This document shows positions 48,744 to 58,981 of a DNA stretch of 64,000 nucleotides, piece by piece. Numbering within the stretch: the first letter of the stretch is position 1; every line of letters starts with the position of its first letter. A model generated the notes under the pieces. That model did not search any database. It saw nothing but the letters and a program-made list of their open reading frames with translations, and was not told where the DNA came from. Source of the stretch: an uncultured Methylomirabilota bacterium (GTDB lineage Bacteria > Methylomirabilota > Methylomirabilia > Methylomirabilales > 2-02-FULL-66-22); NCBI GenBank assembly GCA_963705305.1, contig OY970067.1, forward strand, positions 960,001 to 1,024,000, written 5' to 3'. The translations under genes and the position numbers were made by a program.

Positions 48744-49127
48744 CTACTCTCTCTTGCTTTCGCCTTCCAGCTCCTGGATATGCTGCCGCAGCTCGTCCAG
48801 GGACTGCTGCAGGGCGGCCGCTTGGGCTTTCATTTCAGCCAGCTGCCCCTCTCTTGCGGCGCCGGCAGGCGCCGGAGCGGCACAGGGAGACGCGGGAGCT
48901 CCCCAGGCGGACTGCCCCCAGCCTGCCCGCATCCAGCCCGGCAGGCCCGTGGCATAGAACCAATGCCGCCACCCCCGGCCTCCGCCTCCCCATGCACCTC
49001 GCCCCCAGGCACCCCAGCTGCCCATCCGGTTCATGAATCCCGGCGCGCCGAATCCGGCGCAGAGGCCCGCCCCGCGCCCCGTCATGGGGCCCCAACCCAT
49101 CGGTCCAGTGCGATCTCCGCGTGGCAT
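48744..49127 (-). CDS. DUF5320 family protein
   Basis: MPRGDRTGPMGWGPMTGRGAGLCAG, ATGLPGWMR, C-terminal coiled coil. Confidence 0.88.
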   Translation of the reverse strand: MPRGDRTGPMGWGPMTGRGAGLCAGFGAPGFMNRMGSWGAWGRGAWGGGGRGWRHWFYATGLPGWMRAGWGQSAWGAPASPCAAPAPAGAAREGQLAEMKAQAAALQQSLDELRQHIQELEGESKRE

Positions 49128-49215
49128 GTTCCTTCCCTCCTCTATGGTTCGGCGGTGTATGAGCGGAGGCCGTCCCGGCCTGTCGCACCCACCGGCAAGG
49201 TGAGCATCGACGCGC

Positions 49216-49578
49216 TCACCAGTGACCCTGAACGTCCGCCGTCTGGGCCTCGTGGAGGCTCCCCGCTTGAAACTGCCTCACCGCATCTCGAGCCGTCCCA
49301 CCGGTCAAGCCGGTGCACACCCGGATGCCGGCTGCCTGGAGGGCGCGGAAAGCGTTGGGGCCACAATGCCCGGTCAGGAGGACTTGAGCACCCCGATCCG
49401 CGATCCGTTTCGCCGCCTGAATGCCGGCGCCCTGGGGGGCATCAACCCCCGACGCATTGTCCAGGTACTCCGAGTCGTTGCTTTCGGTGTCCACGATCAG
49501 GAACCCGGGGGCACGACCAAAGCGCATCTCCACCGCGGCGTCGAGCTCCTCCCCTCGCACTGTCACTGCGACTTTCAC
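49216..49578 (-). CDS. NifB/NifX family (orange-protein-like)
   Basis: RFGRA, GAGIQAA, TGHCGPNAF. Confidence 0.9.
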   Translation of the reverse strand: MKVAVTVRGEELDAAVEMRFGRAPGFLIVDTESNDSEYLDNASGVDAPQGAGIQAAKRIADRGAQVLLTGHCGPNAFRALQAAGIRVCTGLTGGTARDAVRQFQAGSLHEAQTADVQGHW

Positions 49579-49997
49579 TGCACTCCTCCTCGGGGCCCCC
49601 TTCCCATCGGCCCGCGGGGTCCTCGCCGCCGCCGCCCGCCCTGCTGCGACCCCGGGGGCCCGCCCGCGCATCCGGGCATCAGCCAGCGCGGATCCGGCAG
49701 CCGCCCACCCAGGTAGGCGGTCAGAACTTCCTCGACCGACCCCGCCGTCCACGGGACCAGCCGGATTCCCGCGGCGGCCAGCATGGATGCCAGAGGGCGG
49801 GAGATTCCTCCGCAAATGAGGACGCTGACACCCAGTTCCTCCAATCGTCGCACTCGCCAGGCGGGGAAGCTTCCGGATAGCTCCTCCGACCGGCGACTAC
49901 GCTCGCCCCCCTGTTCGATGTCTACCACCAGCAGTTGTCCGGCGGTGTCGAACACGGGCGAGACCCGGCCGTTCCAGACTGGGATCGCAAGCCGCAT
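49575..49997 (-). CDS. NifB/NifX family protein
   Basis: RVSPVFD, LICGGIS, MPGC. Confidence 0.85.
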   Translation of the reverse strand: MRLAIPVWNGRVSPVFDTAGQLLVVDIEQGGERSRRSEELSGSFPAWRVRRLEELGVSVLICGGISRPLASMLAAAGIRLVPWTAGSVEEVLTAYLGGRLPDPRWLMPGCAGGPPGSQQGGRRRRGPRGPMGRGPRGGVQ

Positions 49998-50021
49998 CCT
50001 CACCCTCCAACCGACAGCAAG

Positions 50022-50036
50022 GCACGAAGCATGCCA
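50022..50036 (-). promoter_or_regulatory. Sigma-54 -24/-12 promoter of the orp-like operon
   Basis: TGGCATGCTTCGTGC (GG-N10-GC); AT-rich IHF-like tract near 50059-50078. Confidence 0.7.
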
Positions 50037-50108
50037 CAGTGGTCAGTTCATCTCCATGCTTTTTTTATCGATAGTTAGCCAGCCGCGTGCCTCAGCGATT
50101 CCCCACGA

Positions 50109-50126
50109 GATTGCAGATATGCAATC
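50109..50126. promoter_or_regulatory. Enhancer (UAS) palindrome
   Basis: GATTGCA-GATA-TGCAATC, perfect 7-bp arms. Confidence 0.65.
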
Positions 50127-50287
50127 ACAATCGACTGCTGACGATGCAGACTTGAACCCAGAGATTTCACCGCTAAGGGAGGACGAACCGGGGGATTAGG
50201 AGCTTCCAAAAGCTGGGCCGCCCTCAGGGCTCTCGCGGCGGCGGAGGCCGCATAGAGCCCGAGGGCGGGCTGAGGGGGACAGCGGAT

Positions 50288-50725
50288 TTAGACGAGCTCG
50301 ATCGAGACCGGAGTCATCTTTTGAAGGTTATCGGAGACCGGGCAGCGCCGGTCGATCTCTTCGAGAAACTGCTGCTTCTCCTCCCGCGAGAGATCGGCGT
50401 CGATGTCGACCTTCACTGTGATGCCCGTGAAGCCGGCTCGATTCTCCTGCGCCTTGCCCATCAGCGTGTTCGCATCCAGCGCCCCGGAGACAGTCACGCG
50501 CATTCCACGCAGGGCGATTCGCTTCTGGTTGGCCACGATCCTGCCGATGCTGCCCACGCATCCTCCCAGGGAGAGAAAGAGGTACTCCAGGGGGGTCGGT
50601 CCCGCGTCCTGCCCTCCCGCGGCGGCAGGCTGATCCACGAACAGCTTGTGTCCGCGGATCTGGCTCTCGATCGTGAAGCGTTCACCCAACTTGGCTTCGA
50701 CTTCCACTGTCTTCATGGCTGGCAT
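50288..50725 (-). CDS. OsmC family protein
   Basis: DQP..GG.DAGPTPLE, LGGC, RCPVSDN. Confidence 0.9.
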   Translation of the reverse strand: MPAMKTVEVEAKLGERFTIESQIRGHKLFVDQPAAAGGQDAGPTPLEYLFLSLGGCVGSIGRIVANQKRIALRGMRVTVSGALDANTLMGKAQENRAGFTGITVKVDIDADLSREEKQQFLEEIDRRCPVSDNLQKMTPVSIELV

Positions 50726-51029
50726 GGAGATCCTCCTTGTGAATTTTTGTGCATGACCGCGCACATAAAAACCTCGGAGGGAGACTCCCCCCCGAGGCTG
50801 CACGTATTTTACCCGACTCAGCCGCCCGCAGCACGCACGGAAGTCAGATTGTCTGTAGTTTCGCCCCTCTCGGACCGAAGGCTGCCGGCGCTCGCCGCCC
50901 GACTCGCAGCGGCCGGACGCTAGGCGATGGCGCCGCTCGTGGGGTCAACCACGAGCCTGACGCTCCTGAGGGGATCTTTAAGGCGCGGACGGGGAACCTA
51001 CCGGTCCTCCACTGACAAGAATGAGGAAT

Positions 51030-51294
51030 AGGGGACGTTGCATTATCTGTCGAATCTCCTCGATCAGACCCACACGTGATCGCACGGAGCGGTGAGCTGA
51101 CTGTTAGCAAACCCTGCGATGGAGTGGGCGGTGGGAAGAGAGGCAATCCCCCTAGCAGGATGCGTTCGGCCTCCAGCGAGAGGGTTCGTCTTGACATCCA
51201 GGAACGGCCAAGTCCCGCGTTCAGGGATGTGGAGTCCTCCGGATCGGTAATGCTGAGCGGTTCGCGTTAGTCAACCTAGTCAAAGACGTCCCCT
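51030..51294. repeat. MITE-like segment bounded by AGGGGACGT / ACGTCCCCT
   Basis: 9-bp IR 51030-51038 / 51286-51294; GGGACGTTGCAT identical to revcomp of 17124-17135. Confidence 0.45.
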
Positions 51295-51309
51295 CCTACG
51301 GCTCGTCGG

Positions 51310-52656
51310 TCAGCCCCGGGGGATGTCGAGGCCGAACTGCTTGATCTTTCGCCACAAGGTGGTCTTGTGCATCCTCAGCTCGCGGGCAGTGTCGGCCCGG
51401 TTCCAGCCGTGGCGGCGCAGGGCCTCGTACAGGAATCGAGCCTCCAGGTCGCGCAGCGTCGAGGTGCTCTGGATGGCGGGCGCCGCCTCGGGCGGCCGCA
51501 GACCCGCGGGGAGGTGGGCGGCCTGGATGGGCCCGCCCGCACACAGGATGAAGGCATGCTCGAGGATGTTCTCCAGCTCCCGGACGTTCCCCGGGTAATC
51601 GTGAGCCATGAGGATCTGGAGGGTCTCGGGCGAGACGCCGCTGATGTCCTTCCCCTTCAGACGATTGAACCGGCTGACGAAGTGGTCGATGAGGAGGGGG
51701 ATGTCCTCCCGCCGGTCGCGGAGCGGCGGGAGGACGAGTGTGACCACGTTGATCCGATAATACAGGTCCTGGCGGAACGTGCCGGCCTTCACCAGGTCTG
51801 CCAGGCGGCGGTTCGAGGCGGTCACCACCCTGACGTTGGCCTTGACCGACTCGGTGCCGCCCAGCGGCTCGTACATGCGCTGCTCGAGGACGCGGAGCAG
51901 GCGGACCTGGAGCGCGGGCGACACGTCGCCGATCTCGTCCAGGAAGATCGTCCCGCCCTCCGCCAGCGCGAATCGGCCCGCCTTGTCCTTGCGGGCGTCC
52001 GTGAAGGCCCCCGCCTTGTAGCCGAACAGCTCGGATTCGAGCAGGGTGTCCGGGAGAGCCCCGCAGTTCACCGCGATCAGCGGCCGCTCCCGGCGGGGGC
52101 TCAAGGTGTGCAAAGCTCGGGCGATCAGCTCTTTCCCCGTCCCGCTCTCTCCCTCGATCAAGACGGTGCTGTCGCTCTCCGCCACGGCCGGAAGGATGGC
52201 GAAGAGTCGCTGCATGGCGGCGCTCTTGCTCACGATATCCGCGAAGGTATAGCGGCGGGTCACCTCGGCCCGGAGCTGCTCCACCAGCCGAAGGTCGCGG
52301 AAGGTCTCCACGCCGCCCAGCAGCCGCCCCTGCCTGTCCCGAAGGACGGCTGTGCTGATGCTGATCGGCACGCGCTCGCCGTCGGCCCGCACGATGAAGA
52401 CGGGCCGGTTGACCACCGGCCGCCCCGTCTGAAGGGTCTCACGAAGGGCGCAGCGGGCCTCGCAGATGGAGGCGCGGAATACCTCGCAGCACGGACGGCC
52501 CAGGGATTCCTCCCGCGAGACCCCCGTGATCTCCTCGGCGGCGTGGTTGAATGAGGTGATGCGAAACTCCTCGTCCACGGTGAACACACCGTCCGCCACC
52601 GAGTCCAGGACGACCCCGACCTCTTCGGGGGTGAGCGCTGCGGTCTTTTCCCCCAT
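51310..52656 (-). CDS. PAS-domain sigma-54 enhancer-binding protein, OrpR-like
   Basis: GESGTGKE, GAFTDA, PGNVRELEN, Fis HTH; PAS with CCEVFRASICEARC. Confidence 0.92.
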   Translation of the reverse strand: MGEKTAALTPEEVGVVLDSVADGVFTVDEEFRITSFNHAAEEITGVSREESLGRPCCEVFRASICEARCALRETLQTGRPVVNRPVFIVRADGERVPISISTAVLRDRQGRLLGGVETFRDLRLVEQLRAEVTRRYTFADIVSKSAAMQRLFAILPAVAESDSTVLIEGESGTGKELIARALHTLSPRRERPLIAVNCGALPDTLLESELFGYKAGAFTDARKDKAGRFALAEGGTIFLDEIGDVSPALQVRLLRVLEQRMYEPLGGTESVKANVRVVTASNRRLADLVKAGTFRQDLYYRINVVTLVLPPLRDRREDIPLLIDHFVSRFNRLKGKDISGVSPETLQILMAHDYPGNVRELENILEHAFILCAGGPIQAAHLPAGLRPPEAAPAIQSTSTLRDLEARFLYEALRRHGWNRADTARELRMHKTTLWRKIKQFGLDIPRG

Positions 52657-52800
52657 GATCCCTTTCCTGTTTACGATATCTCTTATTCTCTCACAGACGG
52701 TGGACGCTCGCCAAGAGCAACCGCGACAGGAGCGCTCCGAAAAAGAAATCCCCCGCCGAGAGCCGACGGGGGAGCGGTGAAGGCGTGATGGGCGAGCCGC

Positions 52801-53779
52801 CTACTTGTAGACCTCCGGATTCACGACTCCTTCGGGGCGGCGGCCCTCCAGGACGTCCACGATGGCCTGCGCGGCGTGGGTCGCCATCCGGATGACGCAC
52901 TCGACCGTGAGACCCGCCGAGTGGGGGCTCAGCACCACATTGGGCAGCCCGAAAAGCGGATTGTCGGCCACCGGAGGCTCCGGATCGAAGACATCCAGTC
53001 CGGCCCCGGCGATGACCCCCTCTTTGAGCGCCTTGACCAGCGCAGGCTCGTCCACGACCGGACCGCGCGCGCAGTTGATCAGGAAGGCGGACCGCTTCAT
53101 CATGCGAAGCTGCGCCGCTCCGATCAGCCCCTTGGTCTCGGGCATCGAGGGCATGTGCAGCGTGACAAAGTCTGCGGCCTTGAGCAGCTCCGGGATGGCA
53201 GTCACCACCTTCCCGCCCGCCTTCTCCATGGCCTCGCGCGGGACCAGCGGATCGTAGACCAGCACCTCCATGTTGAAGGCAGCCCGGGCCTTCTGGCAGA
53301 CGAGCGTGCCGATGCGCCCCATCCCGAGGATGCCCAGGACCTTTCCATCCAGGTCGAACGCCGCGTAGCTGTTCCGGATCTCCCACTCATTCTTCCGCGT
53401 CGCGATATCGTACGGCACGATCCGCTTTGCCAGGACCAGCATCAAGGTCAGGACGTGCTCGGCCACCGACAGCGCGTTGGCCCGGGGCGTGATGCATACC
53501 GGAATCTTCCGGCGGGTGGCTGCGGCCACGTCGATGTTGTCGTAGCCGACGCCGTGCCGGGCGATGACCTTCAGGCCGGCCCCCGCCTCGATGACGGAGG
53601 CCGGGATCGGCGCCGTCCGGACCAGCAGACCCGCGCAGTCGCGGATCTCCCGGACCAGCGTGGCCTCGGTGAAATCGGGCGCCACCCGGGCCTCCATCCC
53701 CTTGTCGGTGAGGAGGCGGATTCCCGCCTCGTGAATGGGCTGCGAGAATCAACACCTTCCGCTTTGTGGCTGCCACCAT
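52801..53779 (-). pseudogene. D-isomer 2-hydroxyacid dehydrogenase (SerA-like) with +1 frameshift near the 5' end (or sequencing error)
   Basis: RHGVGYDNID, GMGRIG, INCARG, SPHSAG; MVAATKRKVLI is one frame off from QPIHEAG near 53744. Confidence 0.75.
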
Positions 53780-54051
53780 CAGCGTCTCTCCTTTCCGCAA
53801 GCCGTTCCGGCCGCGGAGTTCGTCCGTGTCGACCTTCCGCATCCCGCGGACCCAAGCCCGCCACCTGCACCCCGGCCGGGGTGCATTGTGGCCGGGTTAC
53901 ATGGCGGGGTCAAGGCGGGCGCAGGCACCGTGCCGGCCTCGTGCGGCCTCCCGTACATTGCGGCGCCGACCCGCGGGCATGCGGGTACTCGGCCGAAGGC
54001 TCGGCACCCATCAGATGGGCACCCGGCAGATGGGCCTTTTTCAACAGCCTG

Positions 54052-55524
54052 TTAATTTTGTGGTCCGTAGCGCTTCTTATAGAACTCCTGCATCTTCTGG
54101 AGCTGCTCTTTGGTCATCCCCTGCTTCAGCCACTGATTCCCCGGCTGAGAGTAGACGTACTTGTTCATCAGCTGGGTGGCCAGCGGCTCTCCCGCCACCG
54201 CCCGGACCTCGGGAAGGAACTCCGTGTAGAAGTTCTTGGCCACGTCGTAGATTCCGTGCCACCAGGCGTAGTCCGGACCCGACATGGCGGCGCCGTGGCG
54301 GGCGCGCCGCCCCTCATGGTGCCAGAGCTCGAAGTAGGTCCACTCCAGCTTTTCGTCCATGGGGGCCGGCGTCAGCTTCTTGGCCTTGTACAGCTCATCC
54401 ATGATCGCCGTGGCCGGTTTGGCGAATTTCTCGTTGTACAGATCGACCAGATCGTCGAACTGCTTGTAGAAACCGCCGATCTGCTCGGACGCATGGCACT
54501 GGTCGCAGACATCCCGCATCGACTGCCGCCGCTGTTCCCACGTGACGACCTTGGCCACCTTCCGTAGCGTGCCGTCCTTGGTCTTGATGTTCTCCCCAAC
54601 CTTGGGGAGGGGGGCGCCCTCCGCCAGATCCTCTTTCCAATGGTCCTCGAACACCACCATGCTGATCCGCGTAGAGACCGCCGGCCGCAGCGTCCAGCTG
54701 ATGCGCTCGCCCACATCGTGCGTCACACCCTGGGAGGGGGTCGCGCTCATGTGGCAGCTGGCGCAGGTCGGGGCCGCGGTGTAATCCACGCCCGCCACCC
54801 ACGTGCGGCGGTCCAGGTTCATCCGCCCCTGGAAGGCCTCGAACAGGATCCCGTGCTTCGATTCCTGGTAGACCTCGATCTGGGGGTGATCCGGGCCGAG
54901 GTGACACTTCCCGCAGGCCTCGGGCCGGCGGGCCTGCGCGACCGAGAAGGCGTGGCGGGTATGGCAGGCGGTGCAGCTCCCCCAGCTTCCGTCGGGATTG
55001 ATGCGCCCGATGCCGGAATTCGGCCAGGTGGTCGGATCGAACTTTCCCCCCGGCAGCACCTTGACCTGCGAGCCGTGACACTGCACGCATCCGACCGCGA
55101 CCGCCGGCGGGCCGCCCACCACCTCGCCCAGGTAGTTATCCAGCGAGGCCAGGATCTGGCCGGCCTTGGCGTGGTGGCTGCCCTGCTGCTCGACCACTTG
55201 CTGCGGGTGGCAGCGGCCACATTTCTTGGGCGACACGATCACGGAGATCAGGAAGCCGTTGTGCTCGAAGGCGTCCGGATCTCCCTTCTGAGCCCGGTGG
55301 CAGTCGTAGCAGTTGACCCCCGCCTGTCCCATGCGCGACAGGCGCCAGTCATACACCAGGGCGGCATTCTGCTGGCTGTGGCAGCCGATGCAGACCGACC
55401 CTTCCTTCGAGCCGTAAAAGGCGGGCAGGGGACTCTGCTGGGCGTGGCCGACTCCCCACGCCAGCAGGACGCACAGGCTCGACACGAGGAGTGCGCACAG
55501 GGCGAGCAGGTAGCGTCGTTTCAT
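54052..55524 (-). CDS. Octaheme cytochrome c, hydroxylamine oxidoreductase (HAO) family
   Basis: Signal peptide; 8 CxxCH; CGKCHLGPDHPQIE; PDYAWWHG. Confidence 0.92.
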   Translation of the reverse strand: MKRRYLLALCALLVSSLCVLLAWGVGHAQQSPLPAFYGSKEGSVCIGCHSQQNAALVYDWRLSRMGQAGVNCYDCHRAQKGDPDAFEHNGFLISVIVSPKKCGRCHPQQVVEQQGSHHAKAGQILASLDNYLGEVVGGPPAVAVGCVQCHGSQVKVLPGGKFDPTTWPNSGIGRINPDGSWGSCTACHTRHAFSVAQARRPEACGKCHLGPDHPQIEVYQESKHGILFEAFQGRMNLDRRTWVAGVDYTAAPTCASCHMSATPSQGVTHDVGERISWTLRPAVSTRISMVVFEDHWKEDLAEGAPLPKVGENIKTKDGTLRKVAKVVTWEQRRQSMRDVCDQCHASEQIGGFYKQFDDLVDLYNEKFAKPATAIMDELYKAKKLTPAPMDEKLEWTYFELWHHEGRRARHGAAMSGPDYAWWHGIYDVAKNFYTEFLPEVRAVAGEPLATQLMNKYVYSQPGNQWLKQGMTKEQLQKMQEFYKKRYGPQN

Positions 55525-55777
55525 GGCATCCCTCCAGTCTTACGGCAAGCGACTATGATGTGCTGGCGGAGAGTCGCCTCCCCGGCCAGCCTTCCGCATC
55601 GTCGTACAAACTTCGAGGCATCCGCCCATGCCCACAGTCCGCGGATGCATCGCCGCAGACGGCGCGTGGTCTCACGCCCCATTCTTCAGAGTGCCGCCTT
55701 TTGGTCAAGATGGAGAGGAACGATCGGGAGGGATTCGTCCGGGTTCCCGGACATCCGGCTGGACGCCTGCGGCCTGT

Positions 55778-58651
55778 TCAGGGCCGGGTCGCGTGCTCGA
55801 GCAGGTACAGGTAGGATCGGTAGATCCGGCCGGTCGCCCGTGTCATCCCGATCTCGCAGGTGCGGCTGCTGGAGAAGTGGCCGTCGTGGGGCGCCGCCAG
55901 CGCCGCGGCGGCCTCGCGGCGGGTGGCCGCGGCCGTCAGCTCCGGGAAGAGGAATCCCCGGTCGCCGGCAAAGCCGCAGCAGCCGGCCTCGGCGGGGACG
56001 GTGACCGAGTCGCTGCAGGCCCGCGCGATCGCCTCCAGCTTGGGAGTGAGGTTGAGCTTGACCAGCGAGCAAACCGGGTGCAGGACCACCGACCCCGCCC
56101 GGTGCCGGATGGTCAGGCGGGGCAGCAGGCGGTCGTGGACGAAGGCAGTGCTGTCCAGGATCTGCAGCCGGTCGAACCGCTCTCGGTTCTCCGGCGTCAG
56201 ATGCTCGCGGCAGGTGAGCAGCCCGTACGTGCACGGGCTGGTATCGACCACCACCGGCAGCCTGCCCTCGCCCGACCACGCCCAGAACCGTTCGATCGCC
56301 CGGTTGGCCGCCACCGCATGGGCCTGGTCGTATCCCTTGGACGAGAACGGCACCCCGCAGCAGGTTCCCTCCACGTTCCCCGGAATCCAGACCGGCACCC
56401 CCGCCCGCTGCGCCACGGCCACCAGGGCGTCCTGCACGGTCAGCTCTTCGGGCTCGCCCGGCAGATGGCCCAGCACCCGGGAGATGCAGGCGGGGAAGTA
56501 GACAGCCTGCGCCGCCGCGCCTGCCGGCGCCGGCGGCCGGGCGCACGCCGGACGTGGCATCTCCCGGCTCCACTGGGGGAAGGGACGGCGGGTGACGGCG
56601 CGAAGCACCCGGGTGATCCCGGCCATCGTCCCGGCGCCCAGGAGGGACTGGACGAGATGCCCGAGGCGCAGCCCGAGGCGCGCCATCGGCTCGAGCAGGG
56701 CAAAGTGCTCGGCCGCACAGCGCGCGGCACGGTGCGCCCAGGCTGGGTGCTGCAGCCGGCGAAGGCGCTTGGTCAGCTGGCCGGTGTCGATGCCGACCGG
56801 GCAGGCCGTGGCGCACAGGCCGTCCGCGGCGCAGGTGTCCAGCGCCATGTACGGGAAATCGGCCTCCAGCGCCCCCAGGACGCTGCGGTCACCTGTTTGC
56901 TCCTTCCGCCGCGCCATCTCCCGGCGCACCACGATGCGCTGGCGGGGGGAGAGGGTCAAGTCCAGGCTCGGGCATTTCGACTCGCAGTAGCCGCACTCGA
57001 TGCACTTGTCCACCTCCTCCTCGACCCCGGGAAGGGATTTGAGGTCGGCGAGGTGGGCCTTGGGATCGGGGTTGAGGATCACGCCGGGGTTCAGCAGTCC
57101 CTCGGGGTCCGCCAGCGCCTTGAGCCGCCGCATGATGGCGTGCGCCTCGGGACCCCACTCGGTCTCGACGAAGGGGGCGATGTTGCGTCCGGTGCCGTGC
57201 TCGCCCTTGAGCGCCCCGTCGTACCGCTCCACCACCAGGCGGACCATGTCGTCCATGAACCGGGCATATCGGTCCACCTCGGCCTGGATATTGTACGACT
57301 GGGTGATCGTCAGGTGGAGGTTGCCGTCCTTGGCATGGCCGAAGAGGATCGCCTCCTCATAGCCGTGGCGGCCGGCCGTCTGGATCAGCTCCACCGTGGC
57401 GTCGGCCAGGCTCGGGATCGGGAAGACCACGTCCTCGATGATCACCGTGGTGCCCCGCTTTCGCACGGCCCCCACGGACGGGTACAATCCCTGGCGGATC
57501 TTCCAGAGGAGCGCCTGCTCCCCCGCCTCGTGCGTGAAGCGCCCGGGCTCGAGCAGCCGGAGGCCGCCCACGGCCTCGCGGGCCAGCGACTCCAAAGTGG
57601 CGCGATCCTTCTCCTCTGCGCTCTGGAACTCGACCAGGAGTCCGGCGGCCTCCGGAGGGAGGCCTGTGATGGTGGGGGGAATGCCGGGCTGGTTTTCCAC
57701 CGACCGGAGGGACGCCCGATCCATCAGCTCCAGGGCCTTGGCGTCGGCGGCGCGGAGCGGGGCGATGGCGGCGCAGGCGGCATGGATGCTGGGGAAGAGC
57801 AGCAGGCCGGTGTACTTCACCGGGAGGTCCGGCACCGTGTCGAGGACCGCCTCGGCGATGAACGCCAGGGTCCCCTCCGAGCCGATCAGCAGGTTGCGCA
57901 TGACGTCCACCGGCCGATGGAAGTCAAGGAAGGCGTTGAGGGAGTAGCCGGTGGTGTTCTTCATCCGGTACTTGGCCCGGATCCGATCGGCAAGACGCGG
58001 ATTCGCCTCGATCTCGCGCTTGATCTCCAGGAGCCCGCCGGCCAGGCGGGGCTCTTTTTGACGGAAGATCTCGTCGGCATCCGGATCGGCGGTGTCGATG
58101 ACCGTGCCCGAGGGCAGCACGAAGGTCAGGGAATGCAGCGTGTGGTAGGCGTTCTGGGCGACCCCGCAGCACATCCCGCTGGAGTTGTTGGCCAGGATCC
58201 CCCCCATCATGCAGGCGTTGATGGAGGCGGGGTCCGGCCCCATCTTGGCCCCGAACGGCCTGAGCGCCGCGTTGACATTGCCGCCGATGACCCCAGGCTG
58301 GACGCGGACCTTCCGGCCGCCGTCCTCGACCAGCACCCGCCGCCAGTGCTTGGCCACCTCCACCAGAATGCCATCCGTCACGGCCTGCCCGGACAGGCTG
58401 GTTCCGCCGGCCCGGAACGTCAGCGGGACGCGCTGGTCGCGGCTCAGGCGGAAGATGGTCCGGATCTCCTCCACGCCCTTCGCCAGGACCACCGCCCGGG
58501 GAATCAGGCGGTAGAAGCTGGCGTCCGAGGCGTAGGCGATCCGATCGATCGGGCGCGTGAGGACCCGCTTCGCGTCGATGAGCTGTCCCAGCAGGGCCTC
58601 CAGCACGGGCGGCGCAGCGGACTCACCGGGCGCGCGGGAAGGGATGGACAT
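55778..58651 (-). CDS. FAD- and Fe-S-dependent D-lactate dehydrogenase (Dld-II type)
   Basis: FRAGGTSLSGQ, NNSSGMCCG, KGEHGTGRN, CIECGYCE, CCG domains. Confidence 0.92.
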   Translation of the reverse strand: MSIPSRAPGESAAPPVLEALLGQLIDAKRVLTRPIDRIAYASDASFYRLIPRAVVLAKGVEEIRTIFRLSRDQRVPLTFRAGGTSLSGQAVTDGILVEVAKHWRRVLVEDGGRKVRVQPGVIGGNVNAALRPFGAKMGPDPASINACMMGGILANNSSGMCCGVAQNAYHTLHSLTFVLPSGTVIDTADPDADEIFRQKEPRLAGGLLEIKREIEANPRLADRIRAKYRMKNTTGYSLNAFLDFHRPVDVMRNLLIGSEGTLAFIAEAVLDTVPDLPVKYTGLLLFPSIHAACAAIAPLRAADAKALELMDRASLRSVENQPGIPPTITGLPPEAAGLLVEFQSAEEKDRATLESLAREAVGGLRLLEPGRFTHEAGEQALLWKIRQGLYPSVGAVRKRGTTVIIEDVVFPIPSLADATVELIQTAGRHGYEEAILFGHAKDGNLHLTITQSYNIQAEVDRYARFMDDMVRLVVERYDGALKGEHGTGRNIAPFVETEWGPEAHAIMRRLKALADPEGLLNPGVILNPDPKAHLADLKSLPGVEEEVDKCIECGYCESKCPSLDLTLSPRQRIVVRREMARRKEQTGDRSVLGALEADFPYMALDTCAADGLCATACPVGIDTGQLTKRLRRLQHPAWAHRAARCAAEHFALLEPMARLGLRLGHLVQSLLGAGTMAGITRVLRAVTRRPFPQWSREMPRPACARPPAPAGAAAQAVYFPACISRVLGHLPGEPEELTVQDALVAVAQRAGVPVWIPGNVEGTCCGVPFSSKGYDQAHAVAANRAIERFWAWSGEGRLPVVVDTSPCTYGLLTCREHLTPENRERFDRLQILDSTAFVHDRLLPRLTIRHRAGSVVLHPVCSLVKLNLTPKLEAIARACSDSVTVPAEAGCCGFAGDRGFLFPELTAAATRREAAAALAAPHDGHFSSSRTCEIGMTRATGRIYRSYLYLLEHATRP

Positions 58652-58981
58652 GCGAATGCCTCCGATGGAATGGGGGACAGCGCGAGGAGAGACGGCACGG
58701 CAGGATGTCGATCATTGAATCTTGCATGAGGAGTGTGATCGACCGATTGGGACTCGGCCGGAGCGCCCTCTCGACGCCTGGCGCCTCGTCGAGAACCGCC
58801 CGGCCTTGCTCCGGCGCCGCCGCCCCAGAGGGCGCGTCGCGCCGCGGGACGTTATTCCATACACCATGCGGTTCCCAGGAGCCCGCGGCGACCGAACCCG
58901 GCCGGGCCGCGGGCGCGGCGCTCGAGGGCACCCCGGCCGAGTCCCACCACAATCTCAAGTGGCCCATTACTTATGCAATAA

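Noticed and set aside
53930..54052. Possible MITE end (GGCCTTTTTCAACAGCCTG) and CAGATGGGC repeat
   Set aside because: Only one end visible; cannot delimit an element
55628..58729. 1033-aa plus-strand ORF (and similar long ORFs at 31700, 43549, 52876, 61434)
   Set aside because: Antisense shadows of well-supported high-GC genes
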